Shown here in pieces: positions 13,430 to 27,264 of a stretch of DNA of 64,000 nt. Below the pieces are notes generated by a model. It did no database searches. It was not told the origin of the DNA and worked only from the letters and a program-made list of their open reading frames with translations. Source of the DNA: Octopus vulgaris (taxonomy: Eukaryota). The stretch is taken from the NCBI GenBank assembly GCA_951406725.2, contig OX597833.1, forward strand, positions 29,946,001 to 30,010,000. Direction: 5' to 3'. A program made the translations under genes and the position numbers. Position 1 is the first letter of the stretch. Each line of letters opens with the position of its first letter.

Positions 13430-14100
13430 GTCATTGGGGGTTCTTAAGTTTTTTAAAAAGTAGTTTTTCAAGCAAGCATATGTAACATCTTTTTGACCCG
13501 TCAATATAAGGTTTAGTCTTATAAAGGATCTTCCATTCAATGTTGTAGTTGATGTTCTTGTCCTTAAGTCTCCAGAGTAATGTTGAAAGAGTTGTTGCAT
13601 GTTTCTTCTTGAAGTGTCTAAAGGTTATTGTATCTGAATTTAAATTTACCTTCTATGGATCCTATATAACATTTGGTCTCTGTCTGGCTGTTGTCATAGC
13701 TTGCTGATATCTGTGCTTCATTAAAATGGAGGATATATCACATGCCTACCCTATTGTATATTTAGATTAATCTCTGAGTGTGCATTCTGGACAGATTTAA
13801 GTCATCAGTTGTTTATTGTTGTAGGCTTTTACATTGGTGGGGATATGAATATGTGATTTTAATTGCATGCCTATTAAATATCTTTCTATACCAGCTGGGA
13901 AAGAGATTATCTAATAACATAAAGATTCTGCTACCTATATTTGTCCTAACATTTATGGAGAAGGGCATAATGAACCAGAAAATATTGCAGGGCCTATTAT
14001 GACTAGGTGGTTGAGAAGGTGGAGGGTTACAAAAGATTTTACTAGTGAGGCCACTATCCTGTAAAATCTTATTATAATATGGGGATGTCACACGCGTGTA
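13430..14100 (-). mobile_element. Penelope-like element C-terminal fragment (linker plus GIY-YIG region), decayed
   Basis: PYYNKILQDSG...NIFWFIMPFSINVRTNIGSRIFMLLDNLFP...KIFNRHAIKITYS and terminal CYICLLEK. Same type as 25417-26330. Confidence 0.75.
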
Positions 14101-15364
14101 TTAGTTGCAAGCAAGGCTTAGGTACAAGCAGGCATGGCTGTATAATTAAGATACTTGCTTCCGAGTCGCATGTTCAGTCGCACTGTATATCACCTTAAGC
14201 AAGTGTCTTCTACTACATCCCTGAGCAAACCAGAGCATTGTGAATGGATTTGGTAGATGGAAACGGAAAGAATCCCAACATATATGTATGTGTGTGAATG
14301 TGTTTGTTGTACCTTTGTTTAGACATTACTTCATGATTGTAAATGAGCATCATCATAAATGAGTGCTGTTGTTTGTTTCCAGTATTTTGTGAAACATGTC
14401 TATCTCTTTAACTTGCTTGGAAATTGATGAGTGTTGGCAACAGGAAGGGTGTCAGGTAGTAGAAAATCTGCCAAGACAAATTCCATATGAGGTATATGTG
14501 GATGTTAAATAATGATGATACACACACTTATACACACAAGCATCAGTAATGCTAACTAATCTCTCAACTCATTGGAAATAAGTTAAATCTCACTGAAATT
14601 ATACCCTAGCATCTTGTAAATAAGACTAGAAGGCTACATTGGATAATGTACTCCTAGATACACAATATCTAAGAGAATGTTTAATCTGACATAGAGCTAA
14701 GGCACAAGAACAGCACATACACACACACACACACACACAAACTTGTTAACAATTCAAATAGGCATGGTGCATATTTGAACTTATAATTTCTTGCTGTAAA
14801 CATGTAAGTGTAAACACATACCAAGTCAGTATGGAGTACTCTTTAACCACACTGATGGATACATGTAAATGCTGAAGAGGTAATCTCCTCTTCAGCATTA
14901 GATACTGGAAGCGGGAATACTACAAACTGACAAAAACATGGATATCTTTTATTATATTCCCATCATATTATGACTGGTTGCACTAATCAGTGGTTTGGTA
15001 TAAATAAAATACAGAACAGAAGCACTAAGCAGTGATGTGTGTGTATGTGTGTGCATATAATACACACACACACACACACACACACATATTGCCGTTGTTG
15101 TTTAACCCTCAGATAACCACAGTCAAACTCACCTTTGATCAAGGACTAGGTGGCACATTGACAGTTACTAGTGTGTTGGATAGAATACCATACAATATTT
15201 ATTGTGCCTATTTGTGTTGTAAATTCAAATCTTACTGAATTCAACTTTAGCTTTCTATTGGTCAAATACAGTTCTTTTGTTTCCTGTATCTTTTTCTGTT
15301 TGTCTGTCTGTCATTAAAATTGGTTACAGCCAAATAGTATGGTGTTATATGTCAAAAAAAGAAA

Positions 15365-15740
15365 ATCCTGTAAGCAGTTTGCTTCCCAACCACATGGTTC
15401 TAGGTTCAGTCCTATTGCATGGCACTTTGGGCAGGTGTCTTTAGCTATAGCCCTGGGCTGACCAAAGCCTTGTAAGTGGCTTGGTAGACAGAAACTAAAA
15501 GAAGCCTGTTGTGTGTATGTCTTTGTATCAGTATTTGTCACCCACTGCCACACTTGAGAACCAGTATTTGTGTGTTTACATCCTTGTAACTTATCAGTTT
15601 GGTAAAAGAGACTGATAGTATGAATACCGAGCTTTAGAAAAATCAAGTACTGGGGTTAATCTATTTGACTAAAAATTCTTCAAGGCAGTGCCCCACCATG
15701 GCTGTAGTTTAATGAATGAAGCAAGTAAAAAGGTAAAAGG
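15365..15740 (+). mobile_element. tRNA-derived SINE, diverged copy
   Basis: Colinear with 34091-34495 from taagcagtttgcttcccaaccacatgg to gaagcaagtaaaaag. Further diverged copies at about 23090-23420 (+), 30560-30880 (+), 20300-20990 (-, split), 47500-47640 (-) and 60980-61290 (-). Confidence 0.75.
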
Positions 15741-16076
15741 TAAGGCTGGTAACTGAAAAATTCCTTGACCAGCACTATGTACTTATCAAAGGAGGTCTTA
15801 TCAACCTGATGGTGCACCTTTCTTTTTGACCAATTTGAGCCATAGCTACATCCTTTACTTACATGTTTTCTGGACACTAAGGTGTAATTTTTGGATATCT
15901 GACTGTTGCTTCTAACAGGTGGAATAATCACCCAGAAGGTCCTCCTTTAACTGGTGGTTACTGTTTGTTGAAACTAAAACCTCATAATATGATCTTTGGT
16001 GGTTTTGGTTCCATTCCAACATTTTACATTGAGCAATCTTAGGCAGGTTGGTATAAAAAAGGGATTTTATGCTAGA

Positions 16077-16286
16077 CAGTGGCTCCCAACCAGGATCCAT
16101 ATAAGATTTTGTTGTTAAAATTTATTTGCAGCTAAATATTTTAATAATCATTATAATACAGTTCATAATAATATTTAATTATAAAAATATATTTGAATTT
16201 TTTTAACATTGAATGGCTAGGAAGGTCCATCTCAGTAAAATAGGAATCAAAGGGGTCCATAGGTAGAAAATGGATGGGAAACACTA
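16077..16286. mobile_element. hAT-type MITE
   Basis: Termini cagtggctccca / tgggaaacacta. The 8-mer atgctaga occurs at 16069-16076 and 16290-16297 (TSD-like, 3 extra nt). Related copy at about 17570-17807. Confidence 0.65.
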
Positions 16287-17026
16287 TGTATGCTAGAGTA
16301 TACAGGTTCTCTCATTGTTCCTTATATAGAAAGAACTTCTCAGAAGTCCAACAAGTCACCTCAGGTATAAAGGTGACCACATACTTCTTTTCTGATCACT
16401 GAACATCAAAGCATCACACACATACACACACATTTTCCTGTTTTTTTTTTTCCGTATTTATCTCTTATCATTATTTGTCCTTCTCCTCCTCCCCTCTAAT
16501 TCCATAGGTTAAGATAAACCTCTGTTTGCTGCTCCTCCTTCCCTTCCAATACAACAGGAAATGCTTATAATTGTTAACTTGTGTTAGCTATAAATTATTT
16601 TGCCACAGCACACCATCTTATGGAAATAAAGAAAAACTTGTCAAATGGCTTAAGAATTCAAAATATTTCTCAAAGCAATGGAGAATAAGTGTGTTTGTAT
16701 CTGTGTGTGTGTGTGTGGTTTTGTGTATATGTGAAACTTTGTGTTTATATAGGGGTGCATTTATGTATATATCTATATTGGTGTTGTTCTGTTTAACCCC
16801 AGGTGAGCCCTGACTGGACAGAGCTATGATCAAAGGCATTCCAACTGTGACTATCTTGTCTCTTTACTATGCCTAGAGAACCCAAGGCCATATTACCCAA
16901 CATTTTCTTTTCTAAGGTGGTAGGGTGTGAATTGAGAGAGAGATTTGGTTGCTATTTCTAGCAAATTGAGTAGCCACATAGATCCTGCATGCATGTATGT
17001 GTGTGTAATTGAAGTTATAATGATTC

Positions 17027-17027
<1 letters not shown>

Positions 17028-17092
<65 letters not shown>
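17028..17092. repeat. (TTA)n microsatellite
   Basis: Perfect trinucleotide run of about 21 units. Confidence 0.95.
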
Positions 17093-19329
17093 CTTAAAGC
17101 AGCTGAAGATATATATTCAGAATGAAATAAAAATATATATTTATTTATTTTGGGATAATAATGATGTTTTGTTTTTTCCTTGCTACCAGAAACTCTGAGA
17201 AAGAGTGTGTGTGTGTGATTATAGTATATATTTTATTTTATTTATAATTTTACAGATTTATTTCTATTATTTTCTTTGCTTATTTGTTTATCATTGCTCC
17301 ATTTTAGATATATGAAGTGTGGGTGGAAGCTAGAATATAGAACAAATTTTAAAATAAAGGAAAATATAAAAGATGTAATAAAAGCAGATGAAAGAAAGAA
17401 ATGCAACATACGAATGACTAAGAACCTACATGCAAAGAAGGGTGAATTTTTATGAAGTTTGTATAAATATTTAAGTTAGTGTATGTAGTGAGGGTGGGAA
17501 AATCTAATTGTGGGACAAAACTCTACATAGTTTCATATTGACATTGTCACTACCATAGCAGAACCTTTGCAGCAGTTCATATGACCCTTGGAGGTCCACA
17601 TAAGATTTCATTGTTAAAATTTTGTGCAGTAAATTCCCTATACTTCTACAATACACAAAATATTTTCATCTTTTTTATACCTTTCCTTTTTATATTTATC
17701 CTAAAAATATAATATGGTTTTTTAAAGATTGAATGGTTATGAGGGTCCACCTGAGTAAAATAAATATGATGGGGGTCCTTAGGTAAAAAATAGTTGAGAA
17801 CCACTGCTATACAGTATACAACATAACCAGCCTAGCATCATAGGAACAACAGTCAATGCCACAACATCACTGCTTCAGTATTGCCCACCAGGACAGCCAC
17901 AACTGTCATCAGAACAGCCTTACCATCACAACATTACTGGCTTAGCATCACTAACAATCACTGCTACTACTTCACTGACACAGCATCAATGTTGCAACAT
18001 CATTTACATAAATTATCAAATTAACTGTGAATTTTTTCAGACTTCATACTTTTTATCTGGTAGGGTTTTTTGTCCAGTCAATCTCTGGAGACTCTACACC
18101 AATACCTCTATTTTACCATCTAGTTAAATTAACTCTTTCTAATCAGACCATCATTTTCCATTCTCTGTTGATTCTTGTGATTATATACAAATATAGTTGT
18201 GTCACTGTTATTTACACTTAGAAAATATTGATTAAACCTTTGATTGAAAGTGTATTAGCTTTATTTTGAGTGTAACCTCAAAACCACCATCATCCAATAT
18301 GTCTGTTCCTTTTAAAGACATTTATAGTGTGTACATGTAGAGACTCGAATTTATAGTGTGATTTGATGAAAAATCTAGCTGCTCTTTCTAAACATGCACT
18401 AAGTAACTGTTTAGTGCATGGATATATGTGTTTATGTATATATATATCTGAATTGAGATAAATAACTTTATTTCATCTTCCATCTTCATTGTTCTTCCAT
18501 ATAACTTCAAAATGGCACAAAGGATTCACACAACCATTTAGTCACTGCCTTTCTCTTGGTCTTGATGGAACTAGTTCTTTAAAATTCTTACATTCACTTA
18601 ATTTCCACACACTTTGTTTTTACTTGCCCATAACAAGAGAGTTCTTTTGATAGTTTCCCCTTGGGCAATTCCTTTCTTCCTCTATCTCCCTCTCTCCTTC
18701 TGTGTTTGTGTGTGTGCATGCATGTATTTTTCCAGATGTTTTCCCTAGCACCAAGCTGGTTTTCACTTCCTTCCTTCATTAAATGTTATTTATTCATGCT
18801 ATCAAATAATGAATAAATGTTTTACACCTTTAGCATTTTTAATTTGGTAATGGTAAAGACAAATGTGGATTTGAAGGAGATTTGGCTGCCATTTCTATCA
18901 GCTGCAGTAATCACAAAGATAGAAGCTCTCCATAAAGGTTCTCTAAAAGATGTGTTTTTTCAGGTGGCAGGAGGTGTACTTTTACCAAAAGTAATGTCCC
19001 AGCAAGGGGACAGTAGTGTGGTGTTCTAATGGTTTAAAATCAAGTAAAATTTGGCACACTTCACAGTCATGTAATTCCTGGTTCAATCCTACTACAAGAT
19101 ACCTTAGTCAAGTATCTTCTAGCAAAGCTGTAATTAAGTAACAGGAGACAGAATAATCTCAGAAGGTCTGTTTTTGTTCTTGTTGCAATAAATGGCCTTC
19201 AGTCAGATGTTCATGTAAGTGGATGATTCAAATTCTTGTTCCATTAGAAAGTTCATTAGCCTTATTTGGTTAGTTGAAAAAATGTTAATAATCAATTTAT
19301 AGTTTTCACTGTTGTTTGATGGGGGAAAA

Positions 19330-19625
19330 TTTAGAGAAGTTGGGCATAAGAGGAATTAGATGAAGAGAGGAGACTCACTTGTTTGGTCATGTGATGCAGA
19401 TGGATGAGGGCAGTTACATAAAGAAGTACTAATCACTTAAAGTGTAGGGAAGTTGTGAAAGAGGGAGTTGTGGGGTGAATTATTGAAGGCTGATCTCCAA
19501 ATGTTGAGCCTTACACAGTCGATGACAGTGTGCCCCTGTAGGAGGGCAAAAATTGGCTTGGGCTATAATAAATCATCCAACCCATGTCAGCAGAAGAAGG
19601 ATGTGAAATGATAATGATGATGTAT
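19330..19625 (+). mobile_element. RTE LINE 3' fragment, highly decayed
   Basis: RRLTCFGHVMQMDEGSYIKKY-like peptide homologous to 58500-58781, ending in a ccaacccatg...gatgatg tail. Confidence 0.6.
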
Positions 19626-20791
19626 GTATGCATACATAGATACATGCATGTATGGAGCTAAAGCAAGCCTCAGTTCAATCAAACCATCCATCCAATGCCA
19701 GTGTGGAAGATGGATGTTAAAAGATGATGATGATAGCTTGCTAACAAATAGATATTTATACACACATATGTATGTGTATATATCTATGTTTGTGTTTGTG
19801 CCCAGTGTTGAGATAAATCTCTTAATGTCAAAGCCATAACACAGTGGCTTGATAAAAAGAGATTGATAAAATTAGCAGCAAAGTGGAAATAAGTATTTGT
19901 GTTGACATGATCAATGAAATCTTGGAAGGCATTGCCCCAACATGGCCATGACTCAATGAGTGAAACCATTAAAAGAATCATATTATATATCCTTGTATAT
20001 TTTTGGTAAGAGATTTGATCAGGCATTGTGTGTTGAAGCAAATATTGAAACAGATCTCAACAGTGGAGAGAGGGAGGGGGTGGGTGAAAGAACATGTGGG
20101 ACAAATGACTTTACTGATTGCTGGTAACAGCAACTAGCTAAAATAATAACAAAGTAAATAAACTGAATAGCAGCTAACGGGTGCATATGGTATGGGCATT
20201 AATTAATTGCCGAATTGGCAAACACATGTACAGCAAAACAAACTTACTGTGATAGTTGCAACATGGTGTTAAGACATTTTACTATTCATATATTTTTTTT
20301 GTTTCAGTCATTTGACTGCAGTCATGCTGGAGCACCACCCACCTTTGGTTGAACAAATCAACCCCAGGACTTATTCTTTGTAGGCCTAGTACTTATTCTT
20401 TCGGTCTCATTTGCTGAACCGTTAAGTTACGGTAATGTAAACACAGTTGTCAAGAGATTGTGGGGCAAACACAGACACACAAATACATACATACATATAA
20501 ATTTACTTCTAATATAAGGATAACATTTTTTTTGAAAAACAATTTTATCAGTGGCCAGCATATTAAAATACCTTGTAAGGTGAAATTATAAACTATTATA
20601 AATAAGAGCAAAAGAAACAAAAATTTCTTTGCCAATATGCTGAAAAAATAGACTTTATATCATCTAACCATGTTTCAACACATTGTTTATTTATAGTGAA
20701 AAATATTATATGTGCTTAGACAATATAAAGTCTATTTTTTCAGTATAATGGCATAGAAAATTTTTTTTTCTTTTGCCCTTATTTATAATTG

Positions 20792-20845
<54 letters not shown>

Positions 20846-21033
20846 TGTGATGGGCTTCTTTCAGTTTCTCCCTACCTAATCCACTCACAAGGCTTTTGTT
20901 GGTCTGAGGCTATAATAGAAGACACTTGCTCAAAGTGCCATGCAGTGGAATTGAACCTGGAACCATGTAGTTGGGAAGCATGCTTCTTACCACAAAATAT
21001 GAATGGTAAAATACACACTCACACATACACATA

Positions 21034-21426
21034 GGCGCAAGAGTGGCTGTGTGGTAAGTAGCTTGCTAGCCAACCACATGGTTCCGGGTTCAGTCCCACT
21101 GCGTGGCATCTTGGGCAAGTGTCTTCTGCTATAGCCCCGGGCCGACCAATGCCTTGGAGTGGATTTGGTAGACAGAAACTAAAAGAAGCCTGTCGTATAT
21201 ATGTATGTGTGTGTTTGTATGTCTGTGTTTGTCCCCCTAGCATTGCTTGACAACCGATGCTGGCGTGTTTACGTCCCTGTCACCTAGCGGTTCAGCAAAA
21301 GGGACCGATAGATTAAGTACTAGGCTTACAAAGAATAAGTCCCGGGGTCGATTTGCTCGACTAAAGGCGATGCTCCAGCATGGCCGCAGTCAAAATGGAC
21401 TGAACCAAGTAAAAGAGAGTAAAGAG
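21034..21426 (+). mobile_element. Young full-length tRNA-derived SINE
   Basis: Highly similar to 34091-34495 and flanked by ata on both sides. The empty site is preserved in the duplicate at 22553-22725. Confidence 0.9.
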
Positions 21427-21808
21427 ATACCTATGGACACTAACTAATCACACTAATGATCAGGTAATATTCCAGCCATAATTATCCTTTCTATTATAAG
21501 CACAAGGCCATATAATAATAATTATAATATCTATTATGATCTGTACACACAGCAAGTTATGCCTAAAATGACTGATAAATTATAGAATAAAGTAATAGTA
21601 AGACTTAGCTGTTGTTCCTAGCAGGTCAGACACTTGCATTAAGGCTCTTTCTTTGCTTCAAATGACCACTTGGAGAAGACTCTCACTTGAAGGAGACCCT
21701 AAAAGTTGTTTAAAAAAGCATTCTTTATTTGCTGAAATTATTTAGTATGTTAGTAAGTATTCCTCATTTCTGTTTATCTGTCTGCTGCTTGTCCTTACCC
21801 CCACTTCA

Positions 21809-21844
<36 letters not shown>

Positions 21845-22552
21845 TCTCCCCCTCTCTTATTCCCTTTCTCATTTTGATGAAGAACTCTGTTGAAGCCATT
21901 ATTACATCCCTTACTCAATCACAGCATACCAAGATTTTGTTTCAGTCATTTGAATTTTGGTTAGATAGTTGACACCTCTCACTTGCAATGCCTTCGTACT
22001 CTGGCAATCTTTACCCACCTAATAAAAACTGTTCTTCAATATTTGCAAGTTAGAGAAAGGAGGCTTGAAGCCAGGTGTGGGGGAGATGGGGAGAAATTTA
22101 CAGATGTTACTACCAGAAATATAACAAGCAAACAACTCAAAGAACATGGTAAAACATGATTATGGCTGTGCTAATATAAAATTCAATATTTATTCAATTT
22201 GGCCCATGTTCTATGGGCAGCTTTTAAGCTAGCTCCTGTGGAAAGCTCTTCACTGGGTCTTGGGCCCAACAATGACACTTCATGCATTGAGTACATATTA
22301 AATTTTATTAAACTTGACCAATATTTTTCAAGCAATGAACAATTTTCACCAAATCAATGATATAATTTGTCAACTTTGAACCTATTGCAAAGCTGAATGA
22401 TAAACAACATTCTTTGTCGTCCCATTTGGGAGTTGGTACAATGTTTTTCTGTCTAACCTCTCTCTCTCTCTCTCTCTCTCTATTGTCTTCAACCATTACT
22501 ATCACCAGCACCACCCCATTGCCACAACTGCCATACACACCATTCAGACTAC

Positions 22553-22725
22553 TGTTGGTCTGAGGCTATAATAGAAGACACTTGCTCAAAGTGCCATGCA
22601 GTGGGACTGAACCTGGAACCATGTAGTTGGGAAGCATGCTTCTTACCACAAAATATGAATGGTAAAATACACATACACACACATACCTATGGACACTAAC
22701 TAATCACACTAATGATCAGGTAATA
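22553..22725 (+). repeat. Local dispersed duplication of 20897-21033 joined to 21430-21469
   Basis: Near-identical sequence that includes unique flank (cacaaaatatgaatggtaaaatacac; ctatggacactaactaatcacactaatgatcaggtaata). Confidence 0.9.
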
Positions 22726-24674
22726 CCTTTGACTTCACCGCTTTCCCCTCCACCACCATCACCACTGTCTTTCACATCACTTACTATCACCATCATCCCT
22801 GACCACCTCAGCTACCACTACCACCACCATCATCATCACCTCCGCCTCTATCATAACTACAGCTCAATCTACTACTGCCCTCACCATCTCTATGCCTACA
22901 ATTACTCTCACACCAGCAGGAGGAATAGTAGAAGTGTCATTGAATAGTGAGAGCAGGGGTCAAAATGTGACACACTGACACAAAGAATTTAGTTTTGGCA
23001 TTTATTATTATAGATTATCTCTCACCAGCAGTCCCCATGAAAATGTTAAAGGTTATATTCAAAATAAAAATATTGTTGGAAGTTTACAGAGAGGCATGAC
23101 CATGTGGTAAGAAGCTTGCTTCCAATCCACATGATTTCAGGCCCAGTCACACTGTGAGGTACCTTTCTACTATAGCCTCAGGCTGACCAAAGCTTTATGA
23201 GTGGATTTGGTTGACAGAGACTGGAAGAAGCTTGTTGTAAAAGTGTGTGTCTTTGAGTATGTGCTTGTCCCCCACCATTGCTTAACAACTGGTGTTGGTG
23301 TGTTTACATCCCTATAACTTGGCAGTAGAGACCAGTAGAATGAGTACCAGGCTTAAAAAAGAAAATATAAGGAATGGGGTTGATTCATTCAACCAAAATT
23401 TCTTCACGGTGGTGCTCCAGCAGAAACATTTTTTAAGATGTCTATACCATACAGATAGTATTGAAAGTGCAGTCTTGGAAAAGAACATCTTTCAAAATTC
23501 TGTTGTTTGTTATACATTTGGTTAAACCCTTTTCATCTTTTCCAGCTTGACAACTGTTAGCTGTTATTTTTATCTTCATAACAAGAATACTTCAAAGGTC
23601 TCACTTATCTGTAATATTTTTTTGCTACAGCATAGCTACATTGGTAAAGCTTTAACAAATCTTAATATCCTGAATTATACAAAAGCAGTGAGCTAGCAAA
23701 ATCGTTAGTATGCTGAGCAAAATGCTTCTCTGCATTTTGTCTGTCTTTATGTTCTGAGTCCGACTTTGCCATTCATCTTTTCAAGGTTGATAAAATAAGT
23801 ACCAATCAAGTACTAGGGTCAATGTAATTGACTAACCCCTCCTCAGAAATTGCTGGCCTTGTACCAAAATTTGAGATGATATGCGGAGTAGCAAATCGGT
23901 GCAGTCATTAGAGTACTGGATAGAATGTAAGGCAATAATTGTTCTGACAGTCATTACTCTGTGTTCAAATCCTGTCCAGATCAACTTTGTGTTTTTTAAG
24001 GCAGTACTGTCCTTCTACTGATATGACTGAAAGAATAAAAGAATGTACTCTTATTGTCATACCAGAGAATAGTACATATGGTGGAACTTGAATTCATAGT
24101 CCTAGTCAGAGAATAACAGCAGCTACCCCAGTGATTTGTGGATTCTGAAAAAAGAATATATATCCATACATATATCATCATTTTGATGATCCTTTTCCAA
24201 TGCTTGTGTGGGTTAGACAGAATTTGTTGAGGGAGATTTTCTACTACTGGATGCCCTTCCTGTTGCCAGCCCTTATTTGTTTTCACACAAGATAATATTT
24301 CCCCATAGCCAGACGCGCTTTTCATGAAAGGGGTCTTTGAATGAACAGCACATGGAATTTATGTCTCCACATTATCCACTTGTAATAACAAAATATTGAT
24401 AATAAGACTACATTTCTGTTTATAAATGCCCTATAAATTCCACACAGCCTTGGCTTTGTTGTCTCATGCACCGAGGGTACATAAAAAGCACCCACTACAC
24501 TCTCGGAGTGGTTGGTGTTAGGAAGGGCATGCAACTGTAGAAACATTGCCAGATCAGATTGGAGCCTCAGTCAAACCATCCAACTCATGCCAGCATAGAA
24601 AACAGACATCAAACAATGATGATGATGAGATATATATATATATATGTTATAATTTAGAACAAATAGTATGTTGT

Positions 24675-24742
24675 CATTATAGTGCTCGGAGTTTCGAATG
24701 TCGAAGTGAAGAGCTACAATGCATTCTCATCAGCTATTAATG
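24675..24742 (-). ncRNA. Type I hammerhead ribozyme motif (probably inactivated, U16.1C)
   Basis: Minus strand: CATTAATAG-CTGATGA-GAATG[21 nt]CATTC-GAAA-CTCCGAG-CA-CTATAATG. It lies downstream of the Penelope-like ORF on the same strand. Confidence 0.75.
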
Positions 24743-24938
24743 GCAATAGAGGCTGTGAAAAAAACTGTTGAATAAAAAGGAGGTTACTCCATTAGGGAGA
24801 AAAAGAAAAAAGATAAAAAATACAAACAACCATATTCTCACAATACATAGACATAAACCCCCTGCATTCATAAAGTCTATATACATACACACTCACACAA
24901 ACATGTATACCTACATGCACATACACACACACACACAC

Positions 24939-24985
<47 letters not shown>

Positions 24986-24990
24986 TATAC

Positions 24991-25021
<31 letters not shown>

Positions 25022-25416
25022 TCCTCCTATCACACACCTACCTCCGTACATATACAAACACATGCATATCCGTATAAATGAAGGGGACGTTTGCATAAAA
25101 TTCACACTTATGCACCGGACACATTACATACACATACACACACATATACATATAAAATATAAATATACATATACATACACTCACACACGTACACATTCAC
25201 ACAATTAAAAAGAAAAAATGAAAAATATATATAAAAAAGAAAAAATTAAAAGAAGTTAAGACATATTGGGAAGCTTGTGCAGGAACACAGTAAAAATGTG
25301 GATTCTAGCCATGATCTTGGGGAGCCCAAAACCATAAAAAGGTCATATGTGGACATGATCCAAAACATTCAGTTCTTGAATTTAGACATGCAGCAGGGTC
25401 CAAGGAACTTTTCCAG

Positions 25417-26330
25417 ATGGCAATAGAAGCTATGAAAAAAACTGTTGAATAAAAAGGAAGTTACTCTTTCCATATTTTCAAAGACTGCACTTGCCACTAC
25501 TGTTGGCTAAGATCTTCCAGTAAATCCTATAGCTGACACCTTGTTCTTTTAAGAACCATATAAGACTGGATAATTTGGTAGTTTTTCTTTTATTCCATTG
25601 TCTGAAGTTTAAGGTGTGATTGTTGAACCTTGCTTTGAAATTTCCCTCTGTGAGACCCACATACCCCTTTGATGAAACTGTGTTATTAGCATTTGTAGAA
25701 TTTATGGTGGTTTCATAAATAATGGCCTTGGTCATACAGGCTCCATTTAGCAGGCACAAGTCTTTATCCTTGCAGGAACAGCCAGCTTTGTGTTGTTGTT
25801 TTGCATTGTGTGTAATTATGTTTTTAAAATTTGGGGTTGAACTAAAACTAATTTTTAGGTTATGCCTATTAAAGAGTTTCATATATTTATGATGTTTTAG
25901 AAAATGTCTATCTATTAGTGACAATAAATATTTACCTATATTAACAGTCACTTCAGGGGAGTAAAGGGTGTGAACCAGATAATTTTCCTGTGTCTGTGTT
26001 TTCTTGGCCTAATAGCAGACATGTAAGCTATTTCCTCTTTAAATTCACTAGCTTTAAGGACATTGTTATATTGTGGGGCAGCATTATTAAATATGTTTAT
26101 ATTGGACGAAAGGCTAGAAATTCTCCTAATATTCTCAACTAAATTCTTAAACACTATGGCAGGAACCTACATTAATATAACTCTATCATTGGACTTTCTA
26201 TAGGGTTTGTAAATCTAGAGACACATCAAGGAAATTGACAACTGTCAGGTTGGTATCTATTGTTATGCTAAGATCGAATGTTTTCATAAGATGGATAATA
26301 TCCTTCCTTAAGCGATCTTGCATGGGTCCG
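25417..26330 (-). mobile_element. Penelope-like element: end of RT, linker and GIY-YIG endonuclease (frameshifted)
   Basis: VNFLDVS, RRISSLSSN, RKIIWFTP, CSCKDKDLCLLNGAC, AIIY...YVGLTEGNFKARFNNH, LSSLIWFLK. A 50-bp direct repeat links 25417-25466 and 24740-24789. Confidence 0.85.
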
Positions 26331-26332
26331 TC

Positions 26333-26367
<35 letters not shown>

Positions 26368-26400
26368 ATAATATTTTTCACTTGCATATTGTCAGTATGC

Positions 26401-26459
26401 TTCTACTGAAGAGTGTAAAGTAATTTTTATTACAAAACATGAAATCTTAAGCTCTAGAG
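26401..26459 (+). ncRNA. Type I hammerhead ribozyme motif
   Basis: TTCTA-CTGAAGA-GTGT[aaaGTAATttttATTACaaa]ACAT-GAAA-TCTTAAGC-TC-TAGAG, with a near-palindromic stem III loop. Confidence 0.75.
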
Positions 26460-26928
26460 TTGTCCAAAATTTCATAAATCTTCTTGTCCATTTCCTCACA
26501 TCCAGCGTTGTGCAAAAAAAACTAGAACAGATTTAGAGTGGTTTGTACACATTTGACATCTACTTCTAGCGTATTGGCGTTGTCCCTCCAGCACCCTTAA
26601 TTATAATTATATACTTAAATATAGAAGATCATAGCTGAATGAAATTGTAGTTATTAACTATTTTTTTTTTCATTTAGGCACAAAATATTTATGAAATTTT
26701 ATAAGGGAACAAGTAGGAAGTTGTTTTACTTGTCATTTTCCTAATCATATTACTTTTCAGCACTAGCTAGAACTACCAACAAAATCTTATAGAAATTATA
26801 TATTTATATATTAGTAACAGAGACAGTATTAATATCATGAGGTAATGTTAATCCCCACTTAAACACGGATGTTCTATGAAAACAAATTATCTGTGGTAGA
26901 TAGATGCTATGACAGACACTTTCATATT

Positions 26929-27264
26929 GGCTTTTGGTGCAAAATGCTCTCTTGTTTATATTACTAGCAGGGAGATAAATCTCTGCCACTTCCAGTGCCA
27001 AGACCACCAGATCATGTGATTTCAACTTTTCTTGGTCTTGTCAATGATGGATGCTTGACTGCTAGAGATAGCAGCAACTCATCTTGGATCTCATCAGTTT
27101 GGCTCACAGATTAAACAAATTTTATCTCTAGCAGTCAAGCATCCATCATTGACAAGACCAAGAAAAGTTGAAATCACATGATCTGGTGGTCTTGGCACTG
27201 GAAGTGGCAGAGATTTATCTCCCTGCTAGTAATATAAACAAGAGAGCATTTTGCACCAAAAGCC
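26929..27264. repeat. Perfect 142-bp inverted repeat with 52-nt spacer
   Basis: 26929-27070 is the reverse complement of 27123-27264 with no mismatch seen. Confidence 0.95.

Noticed and set aside
17255-17340. Acceptor-like sites (tttacag, ttttag) as exons
   Set aside because: Early stop codons in the frame compatible with the upstream exon, and no donor.
27085-27110. CTGATGA on the minus strand in the inverted-repeat spacer as a hammerhead
   Set aside because: No appropriately placed GAAA or stems.
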